Origin: an uncultured Gemmatimonadales bacterium
GTDB lineage: Bacteria; Gemmatimonadota; Gemmatimonadetes; Longimicrobiales; RSA9
Direction: 5' to 3'
Assembly (NCBI GenBank): GCA_963816355.1
Contig: CAWFKH010000003.1
Span: 1,088,001 to 1,152,000, forward strand
DNA: 64,000 nt
Positions 51,610-62,366 of the stretch are shown piece after piece. The notes beneath the pieces are model-generated. The model ran no database searches, had not been told where the DNA came from, and saw only the letters and a list, made by a program, of their open reading frames with translations. A program made the position numbers and the translations under genes. Within the stretch, counting starts at the first letter, position 1, and each line of letters begins with the position of its first letter.

Positions 51610-52284
51610 TCACGGCCTGCGGTCGGAGGGACGGTCCACCGCGCGCGACGGCACCAGGCCGCTCGAGCGGTTCTGCGTCGTCGAGTTGCCGAACGGGCCC
51701 GCGACAGCCTCGATCGTCGCCGGATCCAAGTTCGCCACGCTGACGCGGCTCGGGTCCTCCTCGCGCAGCAATGCGTCCGCCAGGCGCTCCCCCTTGATCT
51801 TCTCCTGCAGCAGCAGAATGCCGTAAATCAGACCTTCCGGCCGCGGAGGACAGCCCGGAACGTACACGTCCACCGGGATGATCGTGTCGATCCCCTGCAC
51901 CATCGAGTAGACGTCGAACACGCCGCCCGACGAGGCGCACGCGCCCATCGAGATCGCCCACTTCGGCTGCGGCATCTGGTCCCAGATCTTGCGCAGCACC
52001 GGCGCCATCTTGTACGCCACCCGTCCCGCGCAGATCAGCATGTCCGCCTGCCGCGGCGAGAACGACATCCGTTCCATACCGAACCGCGCCAGGTCGAACT
52101 TCGTCGCCGCCGTCGCCATCATCTCGATCGCGCAGCACGCGGTCCCGAACGGCATCGGCCACAGCGAGCTGCGCCGCGCCCAGTCCACCATGTAGTCCAG
52201 CCGCGTCGTCAGAAAGGACGGGCTCCCGTCCTTCACGTGCGACTCCGTCAATACCTTCAGATCACGGCGCCCCTCTAGTCCCAT
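51610..52284 (-). CDS. nuoB: NADH-quinone oxidoreductase subunit B
   Basis: [31 protein letters not shown]; start ATG 52284. Confidence 0.97.
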   Translation of the reverse strand: MGLEGRRDLKVLTESHVKDGSPSFLTTRLDYMVDWARRSSLWPMPFGTACCAIEMMATAATKFDLARFGMERMSFSPRQADMLICAGRVAYKMAPVLRKIWDQMPQPKWAISMGACASSGGVFDVYSMVQGIDTIIPVDVYVPGCPPRPEGLIYGILLLQEKIKGERLADALLREEDPSRVSVANLDPATIEAVAGPFGNSTTQNRSSGLVPSRAVDRPSDRRP

Positions 52285-52631
52285 TGGAGCGCTCCTTTCT
52301 TCCAGACGTATATCAATCCAACCAGCAATATGCCGATGAACACCAGCATCTCCACCAGACCGAACACCCCCAACTGACGGAAACTCACGCCCCACGGAAT
52401 CAGGAAGACCGTCTCCAGATCGAAGACGATGAACAGCAGCGCAACCAGATAGAACTTCACCGAGAACCGCTCGCGCGTGTTGCCCAGCGGGATCATCCCC
52501 GACTCGTACGGCGCCTGCTTGACCGGCGTCGGACGGAACGGGCTCACGAGGTGGGACACCACCACCATGAACACCGCGTTGAGCAGTGAGAGTGCGAGCA
52601 GGATCAGGATGGGGACGTAAGCCTGAAGCAT
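52275..52631 (-). CDS. nuoA: NADH-quinone oxidoreductase subunit A
   Basis: [27 protein letters not shown]. Confidence 0.97.
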   Translation of the reverse strand: MLQAYVPILILLALSLLNAVFMVVVSHLVSPFRPTPVKQAPYESGMIPLGNTRERFSVKFYLVALLFIVFDLETVFLIPWGVSFRQLGVFGLVEMLVFIGILLVGLIYVWKKGALQWD

Positions 52632-52644
52632 TCGGGCATCGGGT

Positions 52645-52662
52645 TTGTGAATTCCTTCACTT
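52645..52662. promoter_or_regulatory. Rex-type operator in the nuoA leader
   Basis: TTGTGAA-ttcc-TTCACTT, 12/14 match to the Rex consensus TTGTGAA-N4-TTCACAA, 13 nt upstream of the nuoA ATG. Confidence 0.7.
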
Positions 52663-52678
52663 GCGTCCGGCCGGGGGG

Positions 52679-52708
52679 AGTGTAGCCGCCGGGGTCGTGA
52701 AGTGTCAA
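52679..52708 (-). promoter_or_regulatory. sigma70 promoter of the nuo operon
   Basis: TTGACA-N18-TACACT. Confidence 0.7.
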
Positions 52709-52722
52709 GCGCCGCCGCGCGC

Positions 52723-52752
52723 TTGCCCGCGGCGCGCGCCGGAGCCTAGATT
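52723..52752 (+). promoter_or_regulatory. Divergent sigma70 promoter for dcd
   Basis: TTGCCC-N18-TAGATT. Confidence 0.5.
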
Positions 52753-52812
52753 GCGCGGCCGTTTCGCCCATGGATGCACGTCCGATACCCGACCCCGGAG
52801 ATGGCCGTTCCG

Positions 52813-53367
52813 ATGTCGATCAAGAACGACCGCTGGATCCGCAGAATGGCCGAGGAAGAGGGGATGATCGAGCCGTTCGAGTCGGGGCAGGTGCGGGACC
52901 GCGTGGTGAGCTACGGCCTTTCATCGTTCGGCTACGACGTGAGGGTGGCGGACGAGTTCAAGGTGTTCACGGACGTGCACAGCGTGATCGTGGATCCGAA
53001 GTCGTTCGATCCGAAGTCGTTCGTGGACATCGTGGGCGATCACTGCATCATTCCGCCTCGTTCGTTCGCGCTGGCGCGGACGCTGGAGTACTTCCGGGTA
53101 CCGAAGGACGTTCTGGTGTTGTGCGTGGGGAAATCGACGTACGCGCGGTGCGGGATCATCGTGAACGTCACGCCGCTGGAGCCGGAGTGGCGCGGCTATC
53201 TGACGCTGGAGATCTCGAACACGACGCCGCTGCCGGCGAAGATCTACTCGAATGAGGGGCTCGCGCAGCTCCTCTTCTTCCAGGGCGACGAGGCGCCGGA
53301 GATCACCTACGCGATGAGGCGGGGCAAGTACCAGGACCAGGTGGGAGTCACGCCTCCGAAGCTGTAG
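52813..53367 (+). CDS. dcd: dCTP deaminase
   Basis: [41 protein letters not shown]; start could be 52801. Confidence 0.95.
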   Translation: MSIKNDRWIRRMAEEEGMIEPFESGQVRDRVVSYGLSSFGYDVRVADEFKVFTDVHSVIVDPKSFDPKSFVDIVGDHCIIPPRSFALARTLEYFRVPKDVLVLCVGKSTYARCGIIVNVTPLEPEWRGYLTLEISNTTPLPAKIYSNEGLAQLLFFQGDEAPEITYAMRRGKYQDQVGVTPPKL

Positions 53368-53854
53368 GCTCCTCGCCGGGCGGCGAAGGCGTGCGGGGGC
53401 CTCGCGGCTCGGGCTCGGGCCGGCCGGGCGGAGCCGGCTCGCCGGCGCGTCGCAACTCGGGCTCGCGGCCATCGACCAGGTCGCGCCGAAGCTCGAAGCG
53501 GGGCGGCTCACGGGCGCCGCGCCAGGCTTCGGGCGCCTCGGCGCGCGCGATCGCGGCCCACCGGGCCGCCTCCTCCAGCAGCTCTTCGACGTCGACGCCC
53601 AGGTAGTGCGGGCGGTAGGCCTCCAGTGCGCGCCGGGCCTTGTCGAGCTGCGCCGCGACGCCGTGGGCGTTGCCGCGCTGGACGTGGACGAAGGCGCTGG
53701 CGAAGAGGATCAGGGCGTGGTAGAACTCGCTGCCGTCCTCCCGCCACGGCGTCTCGAGCGCCTCGTGGCTCTCCCAGTAGAGGCTGTCGTTGAAGAGGCG
53801 GCAGAAGCGGAGGAGCGGCGCGGGCCAGCGCGGCTGCTCCGCCTCGTCGCTCAC
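53348..53854 (-). CDS. DUF309 domain protein
   Basis: [15 protein letters not shown]...ALI...AFVH...GN..G motif; 3' end overlaps dcd convergently by 20 nt. Confidence 0.85.
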   Translation of the reverse strand: MSDEAEQPRWPAPLLRFCRLFNDSLYWESHEALETPWREDGSEFYHALILFASAFVHVQRGNAHGVAAQLDKARRALEAYRPHYLGVDVEELLEEAARWAAIARAEAPEAWRGAREPPRFELRRDLVDGREPELRRAGEPAPPGRPEPEPRGPRTPSPPGEEPTASEA

Positions 53855-56217
53855 AGGATGCCGTCCATGTAGAAGGCGAGCCGCCAGCCGCGCGGCGCGC
53901 GCAGCGCGCGGGCCAGGTCGACGCGCAGCACGCCGTCGAGGAAGCTACCTCCGACACCCACCGAAAGCAGCGGCCTTCCCGTACCGAAATCAGCCTTGGG
54001 ACCGGCCCAGCCCGCGTCACCGAAAAGCGCGAGGCGGGCGGCCGGGAAATCGTTGGCGAGCTCGACGCGGCCGCGCCAGAAGGATGCGCCGCTGGCGACG
54101 GCGCCGGGATAGCCCCGGAGCGTGCCCGGTCCGCCGAGATACCAGAGCCGCTGGGTAGGCACGGTGCCGACGGTGGTGCCGGCGGCGGCCTCGACCGCGC
54201 CGAGCAGCGCGTGCCCGAGGGGCACGGCGGCGTAGGCGCGCAGCGATGGGCGCGAATAGGCGGCCGAGCCGCTTCCCGTGATGTAGCCGGTGGCCGTCTC
54301 GACCGAGAGGGTGCCGCCCCAGCGCAGGGCGGCGGCGTCGAGGCCGGCGTCGAAGCGCAGGTCGAGGTTCGCGCCGAGCAGGTCCGCGGTCTCGGCCGCG
54401 ACGTTCGGTCGGAAGCGCCGGCCGTCGTTGCCGACGTTGCGGAGGTTGAACTGCGTGCCGACGTCGGCGTTCGACTGATGCTCGGCGAAGAGGCGGACGT
54501 CGTAGCCGAAGGCACCGCGGCGAACCGGTGTGGCGGTGAGCTCCGCGCCGGCGGCGCGGAAGTAGTCGCCGTCGTCGAGGCCGAAGAGGAGCGCGTCGAT
54601 CGAGTTGCCCAGGCCGAACGGCCGGCTCTCCTCCTGCACCGCGTCGAGGCGGCGGTAGGCGCCCAGCCGATAGGCGCCGCGGACAGTCGTCCGGGAAAGT
54701 CCCAGCTCCACTTCCGGAACCGGGTCGGCGAGGCCGACGCGGGCGGTCAGGTCCGCCGCGGCGGCGCCGAGATCCTCCTCGACGCGCGCGCCGAGCGAAA
54801 GGCCCTCGATCCGATTGTAGCGTATCAGACCGGGAGCGTGCGGACCCCACGTGAAGCGCGGCGCGGCCGCCCGCAGCGGCGTTCCCGGCAACTGTTCGAC
54901 CGAGCGCGTCAGATCGGCGAGCTCCGACGGGGTGAAGAACGGGTCGCCGGCGTCGAAGATCGAGCCCGGCAGCTCGGGGCTGTGCAACAGCGCCTGCGTG
55001 TCCGCCGGCACGACGACGGCGTAGCTGCGACATTCGCCGTGGCGGCAGGTGCAGCGCAGCCCGTGGCCGCGCTCGCAGTCGGACTTCCAGGCGATGTCGG
55101 CGAGGTCGCCCCACTCGTCGCGCAGGGCGTCGGCGGCGGAGTCGGCTTCGGCGGCGGAGTCGGCTTCGGTGGCGGCGGCGGCGGTGGCGACGGAGTCGGC
55201 TCCGGCGGAGTCCGCGGCCGCGGAGTCGGCGGCGGCGATGACCGCGGCGAGGGGGATCTCACGCGTGGCGTCCGCGGGTGCGGCGCTTACGACGTAGCGC
55301 GAGTAGGCGCGTTCGTAGCGCATCGGGAAGTGCAGCAGGTGAGCCACCGAAGCGGTGGCGTCGATCGACATGAGACGCGGCAGCCACCAACGCAGGTTCC
55401 ACAGGCCGTACTCGACGGTGATCCAGCGGATCTCGGCGCGGATCGGCTTGAGGATTCCCGGGACTTCGCCCGCGTCGTCCCTGCCCGTGGAGTCGACGCG
55501 GGGCAGGTCTCGATCGAGGTCGAACTCCCGGGCCGGGCGGTAGATCGCGCGCACGACGTCGTACGTCGCGGCGTCCAGCCAGAAGGAGCCGCGCACCAGC
55601 TCGAAGTCGTTGCGGCGTGGCTGCACGCGCAGCTCGAGCAGCCGCACGCTGCGGCCGTCGGGAAGGCGGATCACGGTGGTGTCGCCGGAGGCGTAGCGGT
55701 AATCCTGCTCGGCGCCCGCGGCGAACGGATGGCGAGCGAATTCGCCCTGCTGCAAGCCGACGAGCAGCTCGTCCGAGGCGGGGTCGAAGAACTCCGCGCC
55801 GAGGTCGGAGTCGAGGTCCTCCGGCAGACGGATCCCCTTCAGCGCGATCGGGACCGCCTCGCGCGCGCCGAGCACGTCGATGCGGGTGGCCGCGTCGCGT
55901 CGCCAGTCGACGCGGGCGGCGACGTCGCGCCGGTAGACGAGGCGGTCGCGGAGAACGCTCTTGAAGCCGACCGAGATGCGCTCCTTGACCGTCACCTGGT
56001 AGGCGGTGATCGAGTCGTTGACGCCGACGCGCCGCTCGCGCGCATGGGCGAGGAGCGCGCGGGCGCCCGCATCCTCGAAGGTGTCCGGGGGCGCGGATTG
56101 CGCGGCGAGGCGCGGCGGACGGGCGGCGCACGCGAGCGCGAGCGTCGCGATCAGGAGGAGGTGCGCGGCGGCAGGGCGGCGACTCCGGGTCGTCACTGGA
56201 TGACGCGCTGCAGACAT
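53851..56217 (-). CDS. Large outer-membrane protein with a C-terminal Omp85-like barrel (DUF5686-like motifs)
   Basis: Signal peptide (LAA-Q); RYNRIEG, GNSIDALLFG.DDGDYF, YLGGPGTLRGY (Omp85 VRGF/Y-like), LFGDAGWAG, SVGVGGS..DGVLRVDLAR; start uncertain (56217 or 56196). Confidence 0.65.
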   Translation of the reverse strand: MSAARHPVTTRSRRPAAAHLLLIATLALACAARPPRLAAQSAPPDTFEDAGARALLAHARERRVGVNDSITAYQVTVKERISVGFKSVLRDRLVYRRDVAARVDWRRDAATRIDVLGAREAVPIALKGIRLPEDLDSDLGAEFFDPASDELLVGLQQGEFARHPFAAGAEQDYRYASGDTTVIRLPDGRSVRLLELRVQPRRNDFELVRGSFWLDAATYDVVRAIYRPAREFDLDRDLPRVDSTGRDDAGEVPGILKPIRAEIRWITVEYGLWNLRWWLPRLMSIDATASVAHLLHFPMRYERAYSRYVVSAAPADATREIPLAAVIAAADSAAADSAGADSVATAAAATEADSAAEADSAADALRDEWGDLADIAWKSDCERGHGLRCTCRHGECRSYAVVVPADTQALLHSPELPGSIFDAGDPFFTPSELADLTRSVEQLPGTPLRAAAPRFTWGPHAPGLIRYNRIEGLSLGARVEEDLGAAAADLTARVGLADPVPEVELGLSRTTVRGAYRLGAYRRLDAVQEESRPFGLGNSIDALLFGLDDGDYFRAAGAELTATPVRRGAFGYDVRLFAEHQSNADVGTQFNLRNVGNDGRRFRPNVAAETADLLGANLDLRFDAGLDAAALRWGGTLSVETATGYITGSGSAAYSRPSLRAYAAVPLGHALLGAVEAAAGTTVGTVPTQRLWYLGGPGTLRGYPGAVASGASFWRGRVELANDFPAARLALFGDAGWAGPKADFGTGRPLLSVGVGGSFLDGVLRVDLARALRAPRGWRLAFYMDGIL

Positions 56218-56260
56218 TGGGCGTCCGGTTCGGCGGCGAAAGGCTCTCTGCGTTCCACCG

Positions 56261-56287
56261 TACGCCCCGGCCACGCGCGAGGTTTCC
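56261..56287 (-). promoter_or_regulatory. Possible ECF-sigma promoter upstream of the large OMP gene
   Basis: GGAAAC-N17-CGTA. Confidence 0.4.
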
Positions 56288-56300
56288 GCGCCGACCGCTG

Positions 56301-56340
56301 CGTCAGCCGCCGGGCCGCCGCGTCAGCCGCCCGGCCGCCG
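56301..56340. repeat. 20-nt tandem duplication including the sdhB stop codon
   Basis: cgtcagccgccgggccgccg / cgtcagccgcccggccgccg (1 mismatch). Confidence 0.85.
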
Positions 56341-57075
56341 GAAGCGGGCGCGCAGCAGGTCCCGATTCAGCCGCGCGATGTAGTCGATGCTGATCTGCTT
56401 CGGGCACGCGGCTTCGCACGCGCCGTGATTGCTGCAGTGGCCGAAGCGCTCGCCGTTCATCGCCGCGACCATGTCGACGGTGCGGCTGTCGCGCTCCGGC
56501 TGCCCCTGCGGCAGAAGGTTCAGGTGCGACGCCTTCGCCGCCGTGAAGAGCATCGCGGAGGCGTTCGGGCAGGAAGCGACGCAGGCGCCGCAGGCGATGC
56601 ACTCGGCGGCGTCGAAGGCGAGCTCGGCGGCGTCGCGGGGGACGAGGACCGCGTTCGCTTCCGGCGCGCTACCCGTGCGCACGGAGATGTAGCCGCCCGC
56701 CTGCACGATGCGGTCGAAGGCGCCACGATCGACCACGAGGTCCTTCACCACCGGGAACGCGTCGGCGCGCCAGGGCTCGATCCACAGCACGTCGCCGTCC
56801 TTGAAATGGCGCATATGGAGCTGACACACGGTCGTCCCCTGGAGCGGACCGTGCGCCTCGCCGTTGATCATGACGCCGCACATGCCGCAGATCCCCTCGC
56901 GACAATCGCTGTCGAAGGCGATCGGCTCGTCGCCGCGCTCGATCAACCGCTCGTTGACGACGTCGAGCACCTCGAGGAAGGACATGTGGCTGGTGATGTC
57001 GCGCGCCTCGTACTCGACGAAGCGGCCCTGCTCGCGCGGGCCCGCCTGCCTCCAGACGTGCAGGGTCAGGTCCAT
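56323..57075 (-). CDS. sdhB: Succinate dehydrogenase/fumarate reductase Fe-S subunit
   Basis: [39 protein letters not shown] overlap with sdhA. Confidence 0.96.
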   Translation of the reverse strand: MDLTLHVWRQAGPREQGRFVEYEARDITSHMSFLEVLDVVNERLIERGDEPIAFDSDCREGICGMCGVMINGEAHGPLQGTTVCQLHMRHFKDGDVLWIEPWRADAFPVVKDLVVDRGAFDRIVQAGGYISVRTGSAPEANAVLVPRDAAELAFDAAECIACGACVASCPNASAMLFTAAKASHLNLLPQGQPERDSRTVDMVAAMNGERFGHCSNHGACEAACPKQISIDYIARLNRDLLRARFRRPGG

Positions 57076-58988
57076 TACTTGTAGCTCCGCTGCGACGGTT
57101 TCACGTACTCGAACTCCAGCGGCTCGCGGTGGAGCCTCGGCGCATCGAGGTCGCCGGTGTATTCCCACACGGCGACGTGGGAGAAGCGGGCGTCGTCGCG
57201 CTGCGCCTCGCCCTCGGCGGTGGTGTGCTCGACACGGTAGTGGGCACCGGCCGACTCGTCGCGCTGCAGAGCATCGATGCAGAGCAGCTCCGCCAGCTCC
57301 ATGAAGTCGGCGACGCGGCCCGCCTTCTCGAGCGACTGGTTGAGCGTCTCGGCGCTTCCGGGCACGCGCACGTCGCGCCAGTACTCCTCGCGCAGCTTCG
57401 GAATCAGACCGAGCGCCGTGCGCAGCCCCTCCGCGCTGCGCGCCATGCCGCAGTACTCCCACATGATCGCGCCCAGCTCGCGGTGGAAGGAGTCGACGGT
57501 GCGGCTGCCGTCGATCTCGAGCAGCCGCCGCGTCGCGTCCGCGATGCCCCGCTTCGCTTCCTCGAACGCGGGATGGTGCGCGTCGACCGTATCCAGCTTC
57601 GACTGCGCGAGGTAGTCGCCGATCGTCATCGGGAGCACGAAATAGCCGTCGGCCAGGCCCTGCATCAGCGCGCTGGCGCCGAGGCGGTTCGCGCCGTGGT
57701 CGGAGAAGTTCGCCTCGCCGATCACGTGCAGGCCCGGCACCGTGCTCATCAGGTTGTAGTCCACCCACAGGCCGCCCATGGTGTAGTGCGGCGTCGGGTA
57801 GATCCGCATCGGGACCTCGTACGGATTCTCTCCGGTGATCCGTTCGTACATCTCGAAGAGGTTGCCGTAGCGATCTCCGATGACGTCGCGCCCGAGGCGG
57901 CGGATCGCGTCGCGGAAGTCGAGGTAGACGCCCACGCCGGTGGGACCGACGCCGCGGCCCTCGTCGACCACCTCCTTGGCGCGGCGGGAGGCGATGTCGC
58001 GCGGCGTCAGGTTGCCGAAGCTGGGATAGAGGCGCTCGAGGTAGTAGTCGCGCTCCGCGTCCGGGATCTGGTTCGGCGGCCGCGCATCGCCCTTCTCGAG
58101 CGGCACCCAGATACGACCGTCGTTGCGCAGCGACTCGCTCATCAGCGTGAGCTTCGACTGGTAGTCGCCGGCGGGCGGGATCGCCGTCGGGTGGATCTGG
58201 GTGTAGCACGGGTTGGCGAAGCCGGCGCCGCGCTTGTGCGCGCGCCAGATCGCGGTCGCGTTGCACCCCTTCGCGTTGGTCGACAGATAGAAGACATTGC
58301 TGTAGCCGCCGCTCGCGAGGACGACGGCGTCGCCGACCCACGCCTCGATCTCGCCGCTGATCAGGTCGCGGGTGACGATGCCGCGCGCGCGTCCGTCGAC
58401 GAGGACCAGGTCGAGCATCTCGTGGCGCGTGTACATGCGGACCTTGCCCGCCCGCACCTGCCGCTCGAGCGCCTGGTAGGCGCCGAGCAGAAGCTGCTGG
58501 CCGGTCTGGCCGCGGGCGTAGAAGGTGCGCGACACCTGCGCGCCGCCGAAGGAGCGGTTGGCGAGGTAGCCGCCATATTCGCGCGCGAACGGGACGCCCT
58601 GCGCGACCGCCTGGTCGATGATGTTCAGGCTGAGCTGCGCCAGCCGGTAGACGTTCGCCTCGCGCGAGCGGAAATCGCCGCCCTTCACCGTGTCGTAGAA
58701 GAGGCGGAAGACGCTGTCGCCGTCGTTCTGGTAGTTCTTGGCGGCGTTGATGCCGCCCTGCGCCGCGATGCTGTGGGCGCGGCGCGGGCTGTCCTGGAAG
58801 CAGAAGCAACTCACGTTGTAGCCGAGCTCGCCCATGGTCGCCGCGGCGGAGGCGCCGGCGAGGCCGGAGCCGACGACGATCACCTCGTATTTCCGCTTGT
58901 TGGCCGGGTTGACGAGCTTCATCTCGAAGCGGTGCCGATCCCACTTCTTTTCGATCGGCCCCGCGGGGATCCTGGAGTTCAGCTCCAT
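57075..58988 (-). CDS. sdhA: Succinate dehydrogenase/fumarate reductase flavoprotein subunit
   Basis: [40 protein letters not shown]. Confidence 0.97.
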   Translation of the reverse strand: MELNSRIPAGPIEKKWDRHRFEMKLVNPANKRKYEVIVVGSGLAGASAAATMGELGYNVSCFCFQDSPRRAHSIAAQGGINAAKNYQNDGDSVFRLFYDTVKGGDFRSREANVYRLAQLSLNIIDQAVAQGVPFAREYGGYLANRSFGGAQVSRTFYARGQTGQQLLLGAYQALERQVRAGKVRMYTRHEMLDLVLVDGRARGIVTRDLISGEIEAWVGDAVVLASGGYSNVFYLSTNAKGCNATAIWRAHKRGAGFANPCYTQIHPTAIPPAGDYQSKLTLMSESLRNDGRIWVPLEKGDARPPNQIPDAERDYYLERLYPSFGNLTPRDIASRRAKEVVDEGRGVGPTGVGVYLDFRDAIRRLGRDVIGDRYGNLFEMYERITGENPYEVPMRIYPTPHYTMGGLWVDYNLMSTVPGLHVIGEANFSDHGANRLGASALMQGLADGYFVLPMTIGDYLAQSKLDTVDAHHPAFEEAKRGIADATRRLLEIDGSRTVDSFHRELGAIMWEYCGMARSAEGLRTALGLIPKLREEYWRDVRVPGSAETLNQSLEKAGRVADFMELAELLCIDALQRDESAGAHYRVEHTTAEGEAQRDDARFSHVAVWEYTGDLDAPRLHREPLEFEYVKPSQRSYK

Positions 58989-59010
58989 CGCGAGCGCGGT
59001 CTCCCTGTCC

Positions 59011-59688
59011 TCAGCCGACGACGCCCGTGAGCACCGCGAGCGGGATCGATGCGTAGCCGGCGGTGACGAGCGCGGCGACGACGAGGGCGAAAGGACGTCG
59101 AAAGCGGTTGTACTTCGGGTTGTTGAAGCCGAGCGTCTGGAAGGCGCTCCAGATGCCGTGGTAGAGGTGCAATCCGAGCGCGACGACGGCCGCGATGTAG
59201 AACGCGGCGACCCACCAGCGCTGGAAGGTGGCGACGACGTTGTGGTACGGGTCGCCGAACACGAAGCTCGGGTTCACCGTCCCCCACGTGAGGTCGAGCA
59301 GGTGCCACACGACGAAGAGGAAGAGGGTGATCCCGCCCCATTTCATCGTGCGGGATGCGGCGCTGAGCAGCTCGGGCGAGTACTTGCGGTAGCCGACGCT
59401 GCGGGCGGAGGCGTCCTGCCGCCAGAGCTGGAGGAAGGCGACAATGTGAAGGACGAGCGCCGCGATCAGGACGACGCGCACGATCCACAGCAGCTCCGAG
59501 CGGCCGAGGAGCGGAGAGCCGGCGGTGCGGAGGAACTCCGCGTAGTGGTTGTAGACGGCCGGGCCCTGGTAGATCTTCAGGTTCCCGAGCAGGTGGCCGA
59601 TGATGAATACGAACAGGAAGATGGCCGTCGTCGCCATCACGTACTTCTTCCCGATCGACGTGCGATAGAGCGAGATGGCCCGTCGCAT
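59011..59688 (-). CDS. sdhC: Succinate dehydrogenase cytochrome b subunit (single large anchor)
   Basis: [16 protein letters not shown]; five TM segments with His ligands (GHL, LHI, WHL, LHLYHG). Confidence 0.92.
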   Translation of the reverse strand: MRRAISLYRTSIGKKYVMATTAIFLFVFIIGHLLGNLKIYQGPAVYNHYAEFLRTAGSPLLGRSELLWIVRVVLIAALVLHIVAFLQLWRQDASARSVGYRKYSPELLSAASRTMKWGGITLFLFVVWHLLDLTWGTVNPSFVFGDPYHNVVATFQRWWVAAFYIAAVVALGLHLYHGIWSAFQTLGFNNPKYNRFRRPFALVVAALVTAGYASIPLAVLTGVVG

Positions 59689-59707
59689 GTATCCCCGTGG
59701 CTCGACC

Positions 59708-59725
59708 CGGAAGGCGCGCCTTCCG
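59708..59725. other. Perfect 18-bp palindrome between mdh and sdhC
   Basis: CGGAAGGCGCGCCTTCCG. Confidence 0.7.
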
Positions 59726-59732
59726 TGCCGCC

Positions 59733-60659
59733 TCAGCCGATTGTGGTCAGCGTGGAGCGCACGGCATCGGCGCTACGCTCCAGCGCGGCGCGCTCGTCGT
59801 CGCTCAGCTCGACCTCGATGATCTGCTGGAGGCCGCCCGCACCGAGCTTGCACGGCACGCCCAGGTAGAGCCCCTCCATTCCGTACTCGCCCTCGAGATA
59901 GGCGGCGCACGGCAGAATGCGGCGCTTGTCGCGCACGATCGCCTCCGCCATCTGCACCGCCGCCGCCGCCGGCGCGTAGTACGCGCTGCCGGTCTTCAGG
60001 TAGCCGACGATCTCGGCGCCCCCCTTGCGGGTGCGCTCGATCAGCGCGTCGATGCGCTCGCGCGGCAGGAGCTGCGTGAGCGGGATCCCGCCGACGCTCG
60101 TCGCGCTCACCAGCGGCACCATGGTGTCGCCATGACCGCCCAGCACCAGCGCCTGGATGTCCTCGACGCTGACGTCCAGCTCCGAGGCGATGAAGGCACG
60201 GTAGCGGGCCGTGTCGAGGACACCCGCCATGCCGACCACCCGCTCCCGCGGGAAACCGGTGACGTCCTTCGCGACGTACGCCATCACGTCGAGCGGGTTG
60301 GACACCATGATCACCACCGCGTCCGGCGAGTTGCGGCGGATGTTCTCCGCCACCTCCCGCACGATGCCCGCGTTGGTGCGCAGAAGGTCGTCCCGGCTCA
60401 TGCCCGGCTTGCGCGCAATGCCGGCGGTGACGATGTAGATCGCCGAACCCTCCGCTTCGTCGTAGCCGTTGGAGCCGACGACGCGCGTATCGAAGCCTTC
60501 GATCGGGGCCGACTCCCACTGATCCAGCCCCTTCCCCTGCGGGATGCCCTCCGCAATGTCCACCATGACGACGTGGCGGGCCAGCTCGCGGCGCGCGAGG
60601 CCCTGCGCCGTCGTGGCGCCGACGTGACCGGCGCCGACCACCGTGATCTTGTCGACCAT
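59733..60659 (-). CDS. mdh: Malate dehydrogenase (LDH-like)
   Basis: [39 protein letters not shown]; start ATG 60659. Confidence 0.96.
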   Translation of the reverse strand: MVDKITVVGAGHVGATTAQGLARRELARHVVMVDIAEGIPQGKGLDQWESAPIEGFDTRVVGSNGYDEAEGSAIYIVTAGIARKPGMSRDDLLRTNAGIVREVAENIRRNSPDAVVIMVSNPLDVMAYVAKDVTGFPRERVVGMAGVLDTARYRAFIASELDVSVEDIQALVLGGHGDTMVPLVSATSVGGIPLTQLLPRERIDALIERTRKGGAEIVGYLKTGSAYYAPAAAAVQMAEAIVRDKRRILPCAAYLEGEYGMEGLYLGVPCKLGAGGLQQIIEVELSDDERAALERSADAVRSTLTTIG

Positions 60660-60702
60660 TGTCCGAATCCGTGCGTGCATGGAAAAGCGCTCCAGCCGCG
60701 GG

Positions 60703-60731
60703 AAGGTAGGAGCGCTGGGAGAAGGTGTCAA
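60703..60731 (-). promoter_or_regulatory. sigma70 promoter of mdh-sdhCAB
   Basis: TTGACA-N17-TACCTT. Confidence 0.75.
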
Positions 60732-60771
60732 CGCGAGAGAGTCGTGTCGTCGGGGGGAGTGGCCGCGCGCG

Positions 60772-61851
60772 TCAGCCGCCGACCTGCGAGAGCGCGAGGA
60801 GCCCGCCGGAGCCGGTCTGGCTGCCGCGCACCAGGTGGTGCCGCTCCGGCTTGATCGCCAGCGTCTGCCGCACGAGCGGCTCGAGCGGCCGGCCGGCGCG
60901 CAACGGGTCGCGGAGGTCCGTCTGGATGGAGCCGAACAGGCACGGCCGAAGCTGGCCATCGGCGGTGAGGCGCATGCGGTTGCAGCGGTCGCAGTAGTTG
61001 TGGCTCATCGGCGTGATGACGCCGACCGTGCCGGCGGCATCCGGCAGGCGGAAGTACGTTGCGGGGCCGTTGCCGGCCGGCCCCTCCACCGGCCGCAGCT
61101 CGCCGATGCCGCGCACCCGCTCGAGGATCTCCGGGGCCGGCACGTATTCCTCCGCCGAGATGCCGAGGTTCTCGCCGACCGGCATCACCTCGATGAAGCG
61201 CACGTGCCACGGCCGCTCCATCGTGATGCGGGCGAACGCTGCGATCTCGTCGTCGTTGCGGCCCCGCAGCACGACCGTGTTGATCTTGATCGGCTCGAAA
61301 CCGACACGCTCTGCGGCCGCGAGGCCTTCCATGATGCGCGCGTGCGCGCCCTCGCGCCGGGCAATCGCGTCGACGCGATCCGGCCGCAGCGAGTCGAGCG
61401 AGACGTTCACGCGGCGCACGCCGGCGTCGCGGAGCTCGTCGGCGAGCGGGGCCAGGAGCACGGCGTTGGTCGAGAGCGCGATGTCGTCGATCCCGTCGAT
61501 CGCCGAAAGCCGCCGGACGAGCGCCGGCAGGTCGCGCCGCACGAGCGGCTCCCCGCCGGTCAGCCGGATCCGGCGCAGCCCCATCCCGGCCATCGTGCGG
61601 ACGATCGCCTCGATCTCCTCGTAGCTGAGGATCTCGCTGCGGTGCAGCCACGGCAGCCCCTCCAGCGGCATGCAGTAGACGCAGCGGAGGTTGCACTTGT
61701 CGGTCACGGAGATGCGCAGGTACTCGATGCGGCGGCCGAAGCCGTCCCGCATTGCAGCGGCGGCGTCGACTTCCGCCTCGCCGCGCCGCCGCTCCAGCTC
61801 GCGCCGCGCATCCGACGCCGCCGCGAGGAGATCCACGGTCGGGCCGCTCAC
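60772..61851 (-). CDS. moaA: GTP 3',8-cyclase (molybdenum cofactor biosynthesis)
   Basis: [40 protein letters not shown]-terminal GG; start GTG 61851 or ATG 61752. Confidence 0.96.
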   Translation of the reverse strand: MSGPTVDLLAAASDARRELERRRGEAEVDAAAAMRDGFGRRIEYLRISVTDKCNLRCVYCMPLEGLPWLHRSEILSYEEIEAIVRTMAGMGLRRIRLTGGEPLVRRDLPALVRRLSAIDGIDDIALSTNAVLLAPLADELRDAGVRRVNVSLDSLRPDRVDAIARREGAHARIMEGLAAAERVGFEPIKINTVVLRGRNDDEIAAFARITMERPWHVRFIEVMPVGENLGISAEEYVPAPEILERVRGIGELRPVEGPAGNGPATYFRLPDAAGTVGVITPMSHNYCDRCNRMRLTADGQLRPCLFGSIQTDLRDPLRAGRPLEPLVRQTLAIKPERHHLVRGSQTGSGGLLALSQVGG

Positions 61852-62366
61852 GACGCGCCTCCGCCGACCGCGCCGCCTCGAACCGCCGTCGCGGCGGCCG
61901 CGGGAGCCGCCTCCGCCGCGGGAGCCGGCTCCGCCGAAGGAGGCCGCTGACCGTCGAGCCAGCGCGAGGTGCCGTCGTCGTAATGCTCCTGCTTCCACAC
62001 CGGCAGACGCGTCTTGATCTCCTCGATGACGCGGCGGCAGGCGTCGAACGCCTCCGCGCGATGGGGCGCACCGACCGCGATCGCGACGCTCGCCTCTCCC
62101 ACCGCGAGCGTGCCGACGCGGTGCTCGACCGCGACGGAGAGCGCGCCCCTCGCCGCCGCCGCCGCATCCGCGACGATCGCGGCGAGCACGCGGTTCGCCA
62201 TCGGCGCGTAGGCGTCGTAGGTCATCGAGACGACGCGACCGCCGCGCCCCTCGTCGCGCACGACGCCGACGAAGAGGGCCGTCGCACCGTTGCCGGCGGC
62301 CGCGACTTCGGCGAGCAGGGCCTGGGGCCGCAGCGCGTGCGGCACGACCTCGCCGCGCACGCTCAT
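61848..62366 (-). CDS. moaE: Molybdopterin synthase catalytic subunit
   Basis: GATALFVGVVR, HRVG.L, HRAEAF, IK..LPVWKQE. Confidence 0.94.
   Translation of the reverse strand: MSVRGEVVPHALRPQALLAEVAAAGNGATALFVGVVRDEGRGGRVVSMTYDAYAPMANRVLAAIVADAAAAARGALSVAVEHRVGTLAVGEASVAIAVGAPHRAEAFDACRRVIEEIKTRLPVWKQEHYDDGTSRWLDGQRPPSAEPAPAAEAAPAAAATAVRGGAVGGGAS

Noticed and set aside
53348..53367. Convergent 20-nt overlap of dcd and the DUF309 gene as antisense regulation
   Set aside because: The DUF309 tail is low-complexity and probably an unconstrained extension; short convergent overlaps are common.
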